Source: Occultella glacieicola
Lineage (GTDB): Bacteria > Actinomycetota > Actinomycetes > Actinomycetales > Beutenbergiaceae
Length of the DNA stretch: 20,000 nt
Assembly: GCF_004353825.1 (NCBI RefSeq)
Contig: NZ_SMNA01000014.1
Location: 123,519-143,518 of the forward strand
Reading direction: 5' to 3'
The notes below the pieces were generated by a model that had not been told where the DNA came from, ran no database searches, and saw only the letters and a list, made by a program, of their open reading frames with translations. Below are positions 8,384 through 15,736 of the stretch, piece after piece (the first letter of the stretch is position 1; each line of letters begins with the position of its first letter). Both the position numbers and the translations under genes were made by a program.

Positions 8384-8968
8384 GTGTTCGGACGCAAGAA
8401 GGACGAGGCAGCCCCCATCGTCGAGGAGGAGGTCCCTCGCGCCGGTAAGGGACGGCCCACGCCCAAGAGGAAGGACGCCGAGGCCGCCAACAAGCGTCCC
8501 CTCGTGCCGACGGACCGCGGCGCCGCTCGCAAGGTGCAGCGGGAGAAGATGAACGCCCAGCGCGCCCGCATGAACGAGGCGATGATCACCGGCAAGGAGG
8601 AGGACCTCCCGCTGCAGCACCGTGGCCCGGTGCGCCGGTACGTGCGCGACTACGTGGACGCCCGGTTCAGCCTCGGCGAGCTGTTCCTGCCCCTGTCCGG
8701 TGCGATCGTCGTGATCCTGCTGATCTCGACGTTCAACGCGAGCTGGGCCGCGATCGGGATCACCGCCATCTTCGCGCTGTACCTGATCGTCGCGGTCGCC
8801 CTCGTGGACGCCCTGATCTGCGCGTTCCGGGTGCGCAGGAAGCTGCGTGAGAAGTTCGGTGAGGAGCGGGCCAAGCGCACGATCATGTACACCGTGATGC
8901 GGGCCTTCCAGCTGCGCCGGACCCGGCTGCCGAAGCCGCAGGTCAAGCGCGGCGAGTACCCCCGCTGA
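8384..8968 (+). CDS. DUF3043 family membrane protein
   Basis: GKGRPTPKRK.AE, GPVRRYVRDYVDAR, two TM segments and C-terminal MRA.QLRR.RLPKPQVKRG. Confidence 0.95.
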   Translation: MFGRKKDEAAPIVEEEVPRAGKGRPTPKRKDAEAANKRPLVPTDRGAARKVQREKMNAQRARMNEAMITGKEEDLPLQHRGPVRRYVRDYVDARFSLGELFLPLSGAIVVILLISTFNASWAAIGITAIFALYLIVAVALVDALICAFRVRRKLREKFGEERAKRTIMYTVMRAFQLRRTRLPKPQVKRGEYPR

Positions 8969-8976
8969 GCCACCCC

Positions 8977-8982
8977 TAGGAT
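8977..8982 (+). promoter_or_regulatory. -10 element (TAGGAT) of a probable leaderless transcript
   Basis: 7 nt upstream of ATG 8990. Confidence 0.6.
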
Positions 8983-8989
8983 TCGAGGC

Positions 8990-10003
8990 ATGCACTTTCG
9001 ATACCTCGGTAACTCCGGCCTGAAGATCAGCGAGATCACCTACGGCAACTGGCTCACCCACGGCTCACAGGTGGAGAACGACGCCGCGAGGGCGTGCGTC
9101 AACGCCGCCCTGGACGCGGGCATCACCACGTTCGACACCGCCGACACCTACGCGAACACCAAGGCCGAGGCGGTCCTCGGCGAGGCCCTGGCCGGTCAGC
9201 GCCGGGAGTCCGTGGAGATCTTCACGAAGGTGTACTTCCCGACCGGCCCGAAGGGCCCGAACGACACCGGCCTGTCCCGCAAGCACATCCTGGAGTCGAT
9301 CAACGGCTCCCTGCGCCGGCTCGGCACCGACTACGTGGACCTGTACCAGGCGCACCGCTACGACTACGAGACGCCGCTCGAGGAGACCATGCAGGCGTTC
9401 GCCGACGTGGTGCGCTCCGGGAAGGCCCTCTACATCGGGGTCAGCGAATGGACCGCGGAGCAACTGCGGGCCGGGCACGCCCTCGCCAAGGACCTCGGCG
9501 TGCAGCTGATCTCCTCCCAGCCGCAGTACTCGATGGTGTGGCGGGTCATCGAGGACAAGGTGGTCCCCACCTGCGCCGAACTCGGGATCTCCCAGATCGT
9601 CTGGTCCCCGGTGGCGCAGGGCATCCTGACCGGCAAGTACCTGCCCGGGTCCCCTGCGCCCGAGGGCTCCCGGGCCGCCGACGACAAGGGCGGCGCCCAG
9701 ATGATCTCCGGGATGCTCGGCCGCGAGGAACTGCTGCGCCGGGTCCAGGACCTGCGTCCGATCGCCGACGAGCTGAACCTGAGCATGGCCCAGCTGGCGG
9801 TCGCCTGGGTGCTGCAGAACGACAATGTGGCCGCCGCGCTGATCGGCGCGTCCCGGCCCGAGCAGGTCGCCGAGAACGTCGCTGCCTCCGGGGTCACGCT
9901 GGACGCCGACGTGCTCAGCCGGATCGACGACGTCCTCGGCGACACCGTGGTCCGCGACGCCGAGAAGACCTACAACGTCTCGCCGAAGGCCCGCCTGGTC
10001 TGA
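8990..10003 (+). CDS. Aldo/keto reductase (Kv-beta-like family)
   Basis: RYLGNSGLKISEI.YGNW, FDTADTY, FTKV, DLYQAHRYD, YIGVSEW, QPQYSM and WSPVAQG motifs. Confidence 0.96.
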   Translation: MHFRYLGNSGLKISEITYGNWLTHGSQVENDAARACVNAALDAGITTFDTADTYANTKAEAVLGEALAGQRRESVEIFTKVYFPTGPKGPNDTGLSRKHILESINGSLRRLGTDYVDLYQAHRYDYETPLEETMQAFADVVRSGKALYIGVSEWTAEQLRAGHALAKDLGVQLISSQPQYSMVWRVIEDKVVPTCAELGISQIVWSPVAQGILTGKYLPGSPAPEGSRAADDKGGAQMISGMLGREELLRRVQDLRPIADELNLSMAQLAVAWVLQNDNVAAALIGASRPEQVAENVAASGVTLDADVLSRIDDVLGDTVVRDAEKTYNVSPKARLV

Positions 10004-10045
10004 GCCGGCACCGTTTGATCCGGCACCGTCTGTGCCGGCACCGTC
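9999..10045. repeat. 15-bp tandem repeat, 3 copies, starting over the AKR stop codon
   Basis: TCTGAGCCGGCACCG / TTTGATCCGGCACCG / TCTGTGCCGGCACCG. Confidence 0.85.
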
Positions 10046-10046
10046 A

Positions 10047-10140
10047 CGGCTGAGAGTGCTGAAGTGGTCGCCACGTCAGCACTCTCAGCCGGTCGGCCGG
10101 CGGGTGAGGGTGCCGAGATGGTCGCCGTTTCGGCACTCTC
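10047..10140. repeat. Two tandem copies of a REP-like palindromic element (may also act as terminator)
   Basis: Copy 1 (10047-10091) has 16-bp perfect arms CGGCTGAGAGTGCTGA. Copy 2 (10106-10140) is GAGGGTGCCGAGATGG-TCG-CCGTTTCGGCACTCTC. Both have the apex GG-TCG-CC. Confidence 0.8.
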
Positions 10141-10145
10141 GGCAG

Positions 10146-11330
10146 TCAGTCGACCAGCGCGAGGGAGGGCCGCGTACTGATCCGTCGACGGCGGGCCGGG
10201 TAGGGCACCCATCGGGCGCGGCCCGCGACCAGCGCGGCGCCCCGGCAGATCAGTTCCTTGTAGCGTGCGGCGAACCGGCCGGTCAGGACCAGCGACAGAG
10301 GCCGGTCGTCGAAGGTCACCATCTGGATCAGACCGTCCCGTCGGCCGAGGCTGAGGCACTGCTGTACATAGACCAGTGGCATGCGCGGGGCACCGGCGCC
10401 GGTCAGTTCCGCGACGATCGAGTCCGCGGCCTGCCAGCCCATCGGGATGCCGGAGGCGCAGGACATCCGCAGTGGGCGCTCCCGCCAGCCGCGGGCCTGC
10501 CCGGCGTCACCGACGGCGTACACGTCCGGGTGGGAGACCGAGCGCATCGCCGCGTCCACCACGATCCGGCCGACGTCGGTGACCGTCAGGGCCGACGCGG
10601 CGGCGATCGGGTGGGTGGTGAAGCCGCCGGTCCAGACGGTGATGTCGGCAGCGATCGGGGTGCCGTCGGCGGTGACCACGCCCGCCGGGCCGACCCTCTC
10701 CACCTCGGTGTGCTCGTGGACCGTGAGGCCGAGCCGGTCGGCGACCCGGCGCAGGTGCGTCCGGCCGGCCGGTGAGAGCCGATCGCCGAGCTCCCCGCGC
10801 ACGGTCATCGCGACCCACAGGTGCGGGTGGGCCTCCGCGATCTCGGTGGCGGCCTCGATCCCGGTGAGGCCGCCACCGACCACCACCACGCGACCACCGT
10901 CGCCCAGTTCGGCGAGACGATCACGCAACCGCAGCGCTCCCCGTCTGGACGCGACCTCGTGGGCGTGCTCGGCCACACCCGGCACGCCGCCGTCGGCCTG
11001 CGTGCTGCCGAGCGCATACACGAGCGTGTCGTAGCCGAGCTCGCGCTCGCCGTCGGCGTCCGTGACGGCGACCGTCCGGGCGGTGACGTCCACGCCGTCC
11101 ACCCGGGCCACGCGCACCCGCACCCCGGTGCCCGCGTACGCCTCCCGCAGCGGTCGCGGGCTGAGGTCCTGCCCGGCCGCGAGTTGATGCAGCCGGACCC
11201 GTTCGACGAAATCCGGCTCGGCGTTGACGAGGGTGATCTCGACCTCGTCGAGCTGTAGTCGCTGGGCCAGTCGGGTGGTCGTGGCGGCACCTGAGTATCC
11301 GGCGCCCAGGATGACGATGCGGTGCTTCAT
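10146..11330 (-). CDS. NAD(P)/FAD-dependent oxidoreductase (NDH-2/AIF-like flavoprotein, ECF41-associated)
   Basis: Two Rossmann motifs (ILGAGYSG, VVGGGLTGIEAATE), plus FVERVRLHQ, YAVGD and RMSCASG. Start placed at ATG 11330, with AAGGAG 8 nt upstream. Confidence 0.93.
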   Translation of the reverse strand: MKHRIVILGAGYSGAATTTRLAQRLQLDEVEITLVNAEPDFVERVRLHQLAAGQDLSPRPLREAYAGTGVRVRVARVDGVDVTARTVAVTDADGERELGYDTLVYALGSTQADGGVPGVAEHAHEVASRRGALRLRDRLAELGDGGRVVVVGGGLTGIEAATEIAEAHPHLWVAMTVRGELGDRLSPAGRTHLRRVADRLGLTVHEHTEVERVGPAGVVTADGTPIAADITVWTGGFTTHPIAAASALTVTDVGRIVVDAAMRSVSHPDVYAVGDAGQARGWRERPLRMSCASGIPMGWQAADSIVAELTGAGAPRMPLVYVQQCLSLGRRDGLIQMVTFDDRPLSLVLTGRFAARYKELICRGAALVAGRARWVPYPARRRRISTRPSLALVD

Positions 11331-11363
11331 GAGGCTCACTCCTTGGGTGGGTCGTGCCTCCTG

Positions 11364-11390
11364 AACCGGATACGCCGGCGATCCCTGACA
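11364..11390 (-). promoter_or_regulatory. ECF41-type promoter for the flavoprotein gene
   Basis: TGTCAGG-N16-GGTT, compared with the ECF41 consensus TGTCACA-N16-CGTC. It lies between the sigma gene and its target. Confidence 0.6.
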
Positions 11391-11409
11391 CTCGACGCTG
11401 CGAACCGGG

Positions 11410-12363
11410 TCACAGGCCCACGTCGATCGGCGCCCCGTGCTCGGCCCGGGCCCACTGCCGGTCGGCCCGGGCCAGCTTGTCCGGGTTCACCTGGCTGAGC
11501 ACCGCGTCGATCCCGGCCTCGGTCACCTCGAGCACCATCACGCCGACGACCCGGCCCTCGACCACGACCACGGCCGCGGGACTGCCGTTGGCGATCCCGG
11601 CGTAGAACTCGGGTGTGCCACCCAAGATGGCGAACTTCGACGCCGAGGGGCGGAACAGCCCACGCACGAACTTCGCGATCGTGGCGGCGCCGGTGAAGGC
11701 CGTGCGCCGGGCCGGGACCTTGCCGCCACCGTCGCCCGCGCCGAGGGCGTCGGCCGTGAGCAGGCGCACCAGTGGCTCGGTGCGGCCGCTGGTCGCGGCG
11801 CTGAGGAACTCCTCGACCACCTGCCGCGCGGCGACCCGGTCGACGGCGACCCGCGGCTTCGGCGCGTCGAGGTGGCCCTTCGCGCGGTGCAGGATCTGCT
11901 GACTGGACACCTCGCTGATGTCGAGGATGTCGGCGATCTCGGCGTGCGGGTAGGCGAACGCCTCCCGGAGCACGTAGACGGCGCGCTCGTTCGGGGTGAG
12001 CCGCTCGAGCAGGGTGAGCATCGCCGTCGAGACCGATTCACGCTGTTCGGCGCTCTCGGCCGGACCGAGCATCGGGTCGCCGTCGAGGACCGGTTCCGGG
12101 AGCCACTCCCCCACGTACACCTCGCGGCGTGCCCGCGCCGAGGTCAACATGCTCAGGCACAGGTTGGTCAGCACCCGGGTCAGCCAGGCCCGCGGGACCC
12201 GGATACCGGACCGGTCCGCGCCCTGCCAGCGCAGGAACGTCTCCTGCACGGCGTCCTCGGCCTCGGAGGCCGAGCCGAGCATCCGGTACGCGATCGCCTC
12301 CAACCGGCCCCGGAACTCCTCGAACAGGTCCACCTCGTCCGCTCGTAGCGGTTCTGCGGTCAT
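11410..12363 (-). CDS. ECF41 (SigJ-like) RNA polymerase sigma factor with a SnoaL-like C-terminal extension
   Basis: AYRMLGS..EAEDAVQE, linker WLPEP, sigma4 L.P.ERAVYVLREAF, and DGGG and NPDKL motifs. Confidence 0.95.
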   Translation of the reverse strand: MTAEPLRADEVDLFEEFRGRLEAIAYRMLGSASEAEDAVQETFLRWQGADRSGIRVPRAWLTRVLTNLCLSMLTSARARREVYVGEWLPEPVLDGDPMLGPAESAEQRESVSTAMLTLLERLTPNERAVYVLREAFAYPHAEIADILDISEVSSQQILHRAKGHLDAPKPRVAVDRVAARQVVEEFLSAATSGRTEPLVRLLTADALGAGDGGGKVPARRTAFTGAATIAKFVRGLFRPSASKFAILGGTPEFYAGIANGSPAAVVVVEGRVVGVMVLEVTEAGIDAVLSQVNPDKLARADRQWARAEHGAPIDVGL

Positions 12364-12369
12364 GCTTCG

Positions 12370-12375
12370 AGCCTA
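12370..12375 (-). promoter_or_regulatory. -10 element (TAGGCT) of the probable leaderless sigma-factor transcript
   Basis: 6 nt upstream of ATG 12363, with no SD. Confidence 0.65.
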
Positions 12376-12387
12376 CGACGGCGGCGC

Positions 12388-13137
12388 TCACCGGGGCGAG
12401 GTCACCCCGGTGTGGGTGCGGGCGCTGGCGCTCAGCCGGCCGACTATCGCGGGCGCCTCGTGGACCAGGGTGTCGTCGGTGAGCGCCTCGAGCATGAACA
12501 GCGCGAAGTCGGTACGCCGGGTCAGGTTGGACGCCAGTACGGGGTCGCCGACGTGCCTGCTCCACACCGGCAGTCCCTGGCTCTCGCCCTCCTCGAGATC
12601 GCTGCCGCGCACCACCGTCCAGGCGCGGTCGCTGGCGAAGATCCGCCGGCACGCCTCGACCTGGTCGTCGATGTCCACGGCGCGCACGGCCCGGGCCAGC
12701 ACCGTGGTGACCCTCAGCGTTTTCCGGAACAGCCAGGAATACGTGTCCTGGCCGTCCTTGGTGATGTGCCAGCCGCAGGAGAAGACCAGCCGCGCGTGCG
12801 GCTCGGCGTGGTCGAGGACGGCCTGGGCGGTGCCCGAGGAGTACCCGTGCACGCCCCAGGGGACCAGCACGGTCAGCACCCCGTCGCATCCGGCGACGGC
12901 CCGCGCGATCACCGCCCGATCGTCGGTCTGCCCCGGGACGATCGTGATCCGGTCCGCGAACTCGGCGAGCTTGGGGACGCTGCGTTCGCGGCAGACCCCG
13001 ACCACCTCCCAGCCGCGCTCCAGAGCCTGCCGCACCAGGTGCTGCCCGAGCTTGCCGGACGCCCCGACGATGCAGACCCTCCTGATCCGGTCCGCGCCAT
13101 CACCCGTTCCCGTAGCTGGGTTCCCGCCTGCGTCCAT
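12388..13137 (-). CDS. NAD(P)-binding oxidoreductase (atypical SDR, NmrA/biliverdin reductase B-like)
   Basis: VCIVGASGKLG Rossmann motif, WTVVRGSDL and TRRTDFA. GGGAG SD upstream. Confidence 0.88.
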   Translation of the reverse strand: MDAGGNPATGTGDGADRIRRVCIVGASGKLGQHLVRQALERGWEVVGVCRERSVPKLAEFADRITIVPGQTDDRAVIARAVAGCDGVLTVLVPWGVHGYSSGTAQAVLDHAEPHARLVFSCGWHITKDGQDTYSWLFRKTLRVTTVLARAVRAVDIDDQVEACRRIFASDRAWTVVRGSDLEEGESQGLPVWSRHVGDPVLASNLTRRTDFALFMLEALTDDTLVHEAPAIVGRLSASARTHTGVTSPR

Positions 13138-13168
13138 GGTCCCGCTCCCTCGACGTCCACCGAATCGA

Positions 13169-13206
13169 ACTTACGATGTAAGTAACGGTAGGCTTACGCT
13201 GTAAGT
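13169..13206. promoter_or_regulatory. Two tandem TetR-type operators overlapping divergent promoters
   Basis: ACTTAC-GAT-GTAAGT (13169-13183) and GCTTAC-GCT-GTAAGT (13192-13206). Candidate -10s are TACCGT (minus, 13190-13185) and TAGGCT (plus, 13189-13194). Confidence 0.8.
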
Positions 13207-13236
13207 GCGTCAAGAGGACCGACGGAGGAACCTGTC

Positions 13237-13908
13237 ATGGCCAAGTCGGCCACAACCACGGCGGCCGGGCCGCGCGCGCCCCTGACCCGCGAACGCGTGA
13301 TCGCCGCCGCCATGTCGGCGGCCGACGAGAAGGGCGAGGCCGGGGCGACCATGCGCGCGATCGCCGCGAGTCTCGGCGTCGAGGCGATGTCGCTGTACAA
13401 CCACGTGCGCGGCCGTGAGGACCTGCTCACCGGCATGGTCGATGCCGTCTTCGGCGAGATCGACCTGCCCACCGCGGGCGCCGAATGGCATCCGGCCATG
13501 CGCGAACGGGCTACCTCCGCCCGGGCTGCGCTCCGCCGTCATCCATGGGCCGTGGGCCTCATGGACTCTCGGAGCGAGCCCGGACCGGCGACCCTGCGTC
13601 ACCACGACGCAGTGCTCGGCGCGCTCCGGGCCGGCGGCTTCTCCGTGGCGATGGCCACGCATGCGTTCTCGCTGCTGGACAGTTACATCTACGGCTTCGT
13701 GCTCCAGGAGCAGAGCCTGCCGTTCGGCGACGCCGACGAGTTGCGCGTGACCGCGACCGAGATCGTGAACGCCATGCCCGCGGACACCTACCCGCACCTC
13801 GCCGAGGTGGCGACGGCGCACGTCACCCGAGGCGGCTACGACTACGGCAGCGAGTTCGAGTTCGGCCTCGACGTGATCCTCGACGCGTTGCGACCCGACG
13901 AGGTCTGA
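13237..13908 (+). CDS. TetR family transcriptional regulator (TetR_C domain)
   Basis: LTRERVI.AA, TMRAIA..LGVEAMSLYNHV HTH, plus RHPWA, YPHL and FEFGLD.ILD. Confidence 0.95.
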   Translation: MAKSATTTAAGPRAPLTRERVIAAAMSAADEKGEAGATMRAIAASLGVEAMSLYNHVRGREDLLTGMVDAVFGEIDLPTAGAEWHPAMRERATSARAALRRHPWAVGLMDSRSEPGPATLRHHDAVLGALRAGGFSVAMATHAFSLLDSYIYGFVLQEQSLPFGDADELRVTATEIVNAMPADTYPHLAEVATAHVTRGGYDYGSEFEFGLDVILDALRPDEV

Positions 13909-13913
13909 GCGGT

Positions 13914-14939
13914 TCAGCCCCGGCCGATGGCCCGGTTCATGGCGCCGGGCCAGGTCGCTCCGCCGTAGATGAACGCCGTGTACGCCTGGAGGGCGTTCGC
14001 CCCCGCGGCCAGGTAGGCGCGGGCGTCGGCCGGGGTCGAGATGCCGCCGACGCCGATGATCACCTGGTCATCGGCGAGCCGCGCCCGTACCCGGGCCACG
14101 ACCTCGAGGCCGCGCTCGCGCACCGGCGGGCCGGACATGCCACCGGCGCCTTGCTCGTGCCTGATCGTCGTGTTGACCGCGACGACCCCGGCCAGCCCGA
14201 TCTCGCGGGCGAGGTCGGCGACGGCGTCGACGTCGGAGTTGGCCAGGTCCGGCGCGATCTTGACCAGCACCGGGACCTCCCGGGCGGCAGCGGCCCAGGC
14301 AGCCTCGAGCACGGCCACGAGGATCGGGCGCAGCACCTCGGTCTGCTGCAGGTCCCGCAGCCCCGGTGTGTTCGGGGAGGACACGTTCACGACCAGGTAG
14401 TCCACGTACGGCGCCAGCGCCCGGGCGGACGTGCGGTAGTCCTCGACCGCCCCGTCAGCGGGGGTGACCTTCGACTTGCCGAGATTCGCACCGAGCACGA
14501 GTCGGCGCCCGTGCGGGGTCCGGCGGAGCTTGCGCAGCCGGGTCGCGGCTGCCGCGGCCCCGGCGTTGTTGAAGCCCATCCGGTTCACCAGGGCCCTACG
14601 CTCCGGGACCCGGAACAGCCGTGGCTTGTCGTTGCCCGGCTGGGCGTGGGCCGTCACGGTGCCGATCTCGACGAAGCCGAACCCGACGGCGTCCAGTCCG
14701 GCCGCCATCGTCGCGTCCTTGTCGAAGCCCGCGGCCAGGCCGAGCAGCCCGGTGGTGGCTCGACCGAACAGTTCCGGCGCGGGTCCCTCGGGCGCCCTCC
14801 CGAGGGTGACCCGGACCGCGTCCCGCAGCCCCGGGGTTCGCCCGAGGACCCGGAACAAGGTCGCGGCACCGTGGTGCGCCCGTTCCGGGTCGACCTTGGT
14901 GAGCAGGTTGTCGAAGACGAAGCGATACGGGCTCGGCAC
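13914..14939 (-). CDS. pyrD: Quinone-dependent dihydroorotate dehydrogenase (class 2)
   Basis: DPERAH, GLAAGFDK, EIGTVT, NRMGFNN, NVSSPNTPGLR, KIAPDL, NTT and GGMSG motifs. Confidence 0.97.
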   Translation of the reverse strand: MPSPYRFVFDNLLTKVDPERAHHGAATLFRVLGRTPGLRDAVRVTLGRAPEGPAPELFGRATTGLLGLAAGFDKDATMAAGLDAVGFGFVEIGTVTAHAQPGNDKPRLFRVPERRALVNRMGFNNAGAAAAATRLRKLRRTPHGRRLVLGANLGKSKVTPADGAVEDYRTSARALAPYVDYLVVNVSSPNTPGLRDLQQTEVLRPILVAVLEAAWAAAAREVPVLVKIAPDLANSDVDAVADLAREIGLAGVVAVNTTIRHEQGAGGMSGPPVRERGLEVVARVRARLADDQVIIGVGGISTPADARAYLAAGANALQAYTAFIYGGATWPGAMNRAIGRG

Positions 14940-14945
14940 GCCCCA

Positions 14946-14951
14946 ACCCTA
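14946..14951 (-). promoter_or_regulatory. -10 element (TAGGGT) of the probable leaderless pyrD transcript
   Basis: 6 nt upstream of GTG 14939. Confidence 0.65.
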
Positions 14952-14956
14952 CCGAG

Positions 14957-14984
14957 GCCGTGGCCCGAACTCGTTCGCCACGGC
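14957..14984. other. Hairpin immediately upstream of the pyrD promoter
   Basis: GCCGTGGC / GCCACGGC 8-bp stem with an inner GAAC/GTTC pairing. Confidence 0.5.
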
Positions 14985-14986
14985 GC

Positions 14987-15064
14987 CCCGTCTCACCCGC
15001 GGCTCCCGTCATCACCCAGCGGTTCCCCGTCACCACCCCGAGGTTCCGACCCCGTCACCACCCC
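14987..15064. repeat. Four degenerate direct repeats of CCCGTCAYCACCC
   Basis: Copies start at 14987, 15005, 15026 and 15051 (periods 18, 21 and 25 nt). Confidence 0.7.
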
Positions 15065-15136
15065 TCGGGCCCTGTCCCCGCCCCGCTCCCGTCGGGCCGA
15101 ACGTGCCCTGGACCATCGGGTGGTGGGCGGCCACCA

Positions 15137-15169
15137 TCGAACGTTTCACTCCGTGGTTGAAACGTTACA
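15137..15169. promoter_or_regulatory. Pair of LacI-family-like operators
   Basis: TCGAACGTTTCA (15137-15148) and TGAAACGTTACA (15158-15169), 21 bp apart. Together they form AACGTTTCA-N9-TGAAACGTT. Confidence 0.55.
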
Positions 15170-15195
15170 AGATCGCCCGCGACCTCGGCGGCCGG

Positions 15196-15299
15196 GGTGG
15201 GCGTGGGGTGGCCGGAGGCCGGGGCTGCACAGCAGCCGGTGGGCTTGGGGGTCGCCGCGGCCGGTGCTGCCCGATAGCCGGTGGGCGTGGGGTCAGCCG
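15196..15299. repeat. G-rich 42-bp tandem repeat, about 2.5 copies, ending on a stop codon
   Basis: GGTGGGC(G/T)TGGGG starts at 15196, 15238 and 15280 (exact 42-nt period), with conserved GGCCGG.GCTGC...AGCC between the copies. Confidence 0.8.
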
Positions 15300-15736
15300 G
15301 CCGCGATCCGCGCGGGGCTGGACCGCCACATCCAGATCAGGCCGAGGATCGGCAACACCAGCGGCACGTACCCATAGCCCTGACCGAAGTGCGACCACAC
15401 GGTGTCGCGCGGGAAGTACTCGGGGTGCAGCATGCTGAGCGTCCCGATGGTCAGCACCCCGATCAGCTCGAAACTGACCGTGATCCAGCCGACCCGGCGC
15501 ATCCGTCGGCCGTTGTGCGCCAGGGCCACGGTCGCGAGGATGTACACGACCGCGGAGAGCGCGGACAGCGAGTACGCGAAGGTGGCCTCGGAGGCGTCCC
15601 GGATCAGCTGCACCGTGGCCCGGGCGGTCGCGGCCAGGGCGAACACCCCGTAGACGAAGATGAGGACCCGGCCGGCCCCGTACGCCGGGCGCCGGGTGTC
15701 CTCCACGTCCTCCGGGGCCGTCACGACGTCATCCAT
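15293..15736 (-). CDS. Conserved actinobacterial integral membrane protein
   Basis: GRVLIFVYGVFAL.ATARA, AYSLS and TVWS.FGQGYGYVPLVLP, with about four hydrophobic segments. The start is ATG 15736 or the coupled GTG 15724 (GTGA overlap). Confidence 0.85.
   Translation of the reverse strand: MDDVVTAPEDVEDTRRPAYGAGRVLIFVYGVFALAATARATVQLIRDASEATFAYSLSALSAVVYILATVALAHNGRRMRRVGWITVSFELIGVLTIGTLSMLHPEYFPRDTVWSHFGQGYGYVPLVLPILGLIWMWRSSPARIAAG

Noticed and set aside
10054..10116. CIRCE/HrcA-like half sites (TCAGCACTC, GAGTGCTGA)
   Set aside because: Order and spacing do not fit TTAGCACTC-N9-GAGTGCTAA, and the site lies between convergent 3' ends rather than at a promoter.
9999..10143. Possible mini-CRISPR array
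   Set aside because: There are only two diverged palindromes with a spacer of about 14 nt. The 15-bp units have no spacers, and no cas genes are present.
12389..12412. Hairpin CACCGGGG/CCCCGGTG as a terminator
   Set aside because: It lies within the last codons of the coding sequence and has no U-tract. An 8-bp GC stem is likely by chance.
10146..13908. Calling the accessory block a mobile element
   Set aside because: No integrase, transposase, terminal inverted repeats or target-site duplication is visible.
14987..15299. Possible CRISPR or iteron array
   Set aside because: The left repeats are short with irregular spacing. The 42-bp units have similar rather than unique spacers. No cas or rep gene is present.
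14960..15398. Small ORFs 14960-15160 (+) and 15165-15398 (-) as real peptides
   Set aside because: They are Pro/Arg-rich translations of the repeats with no convincing translation signals.
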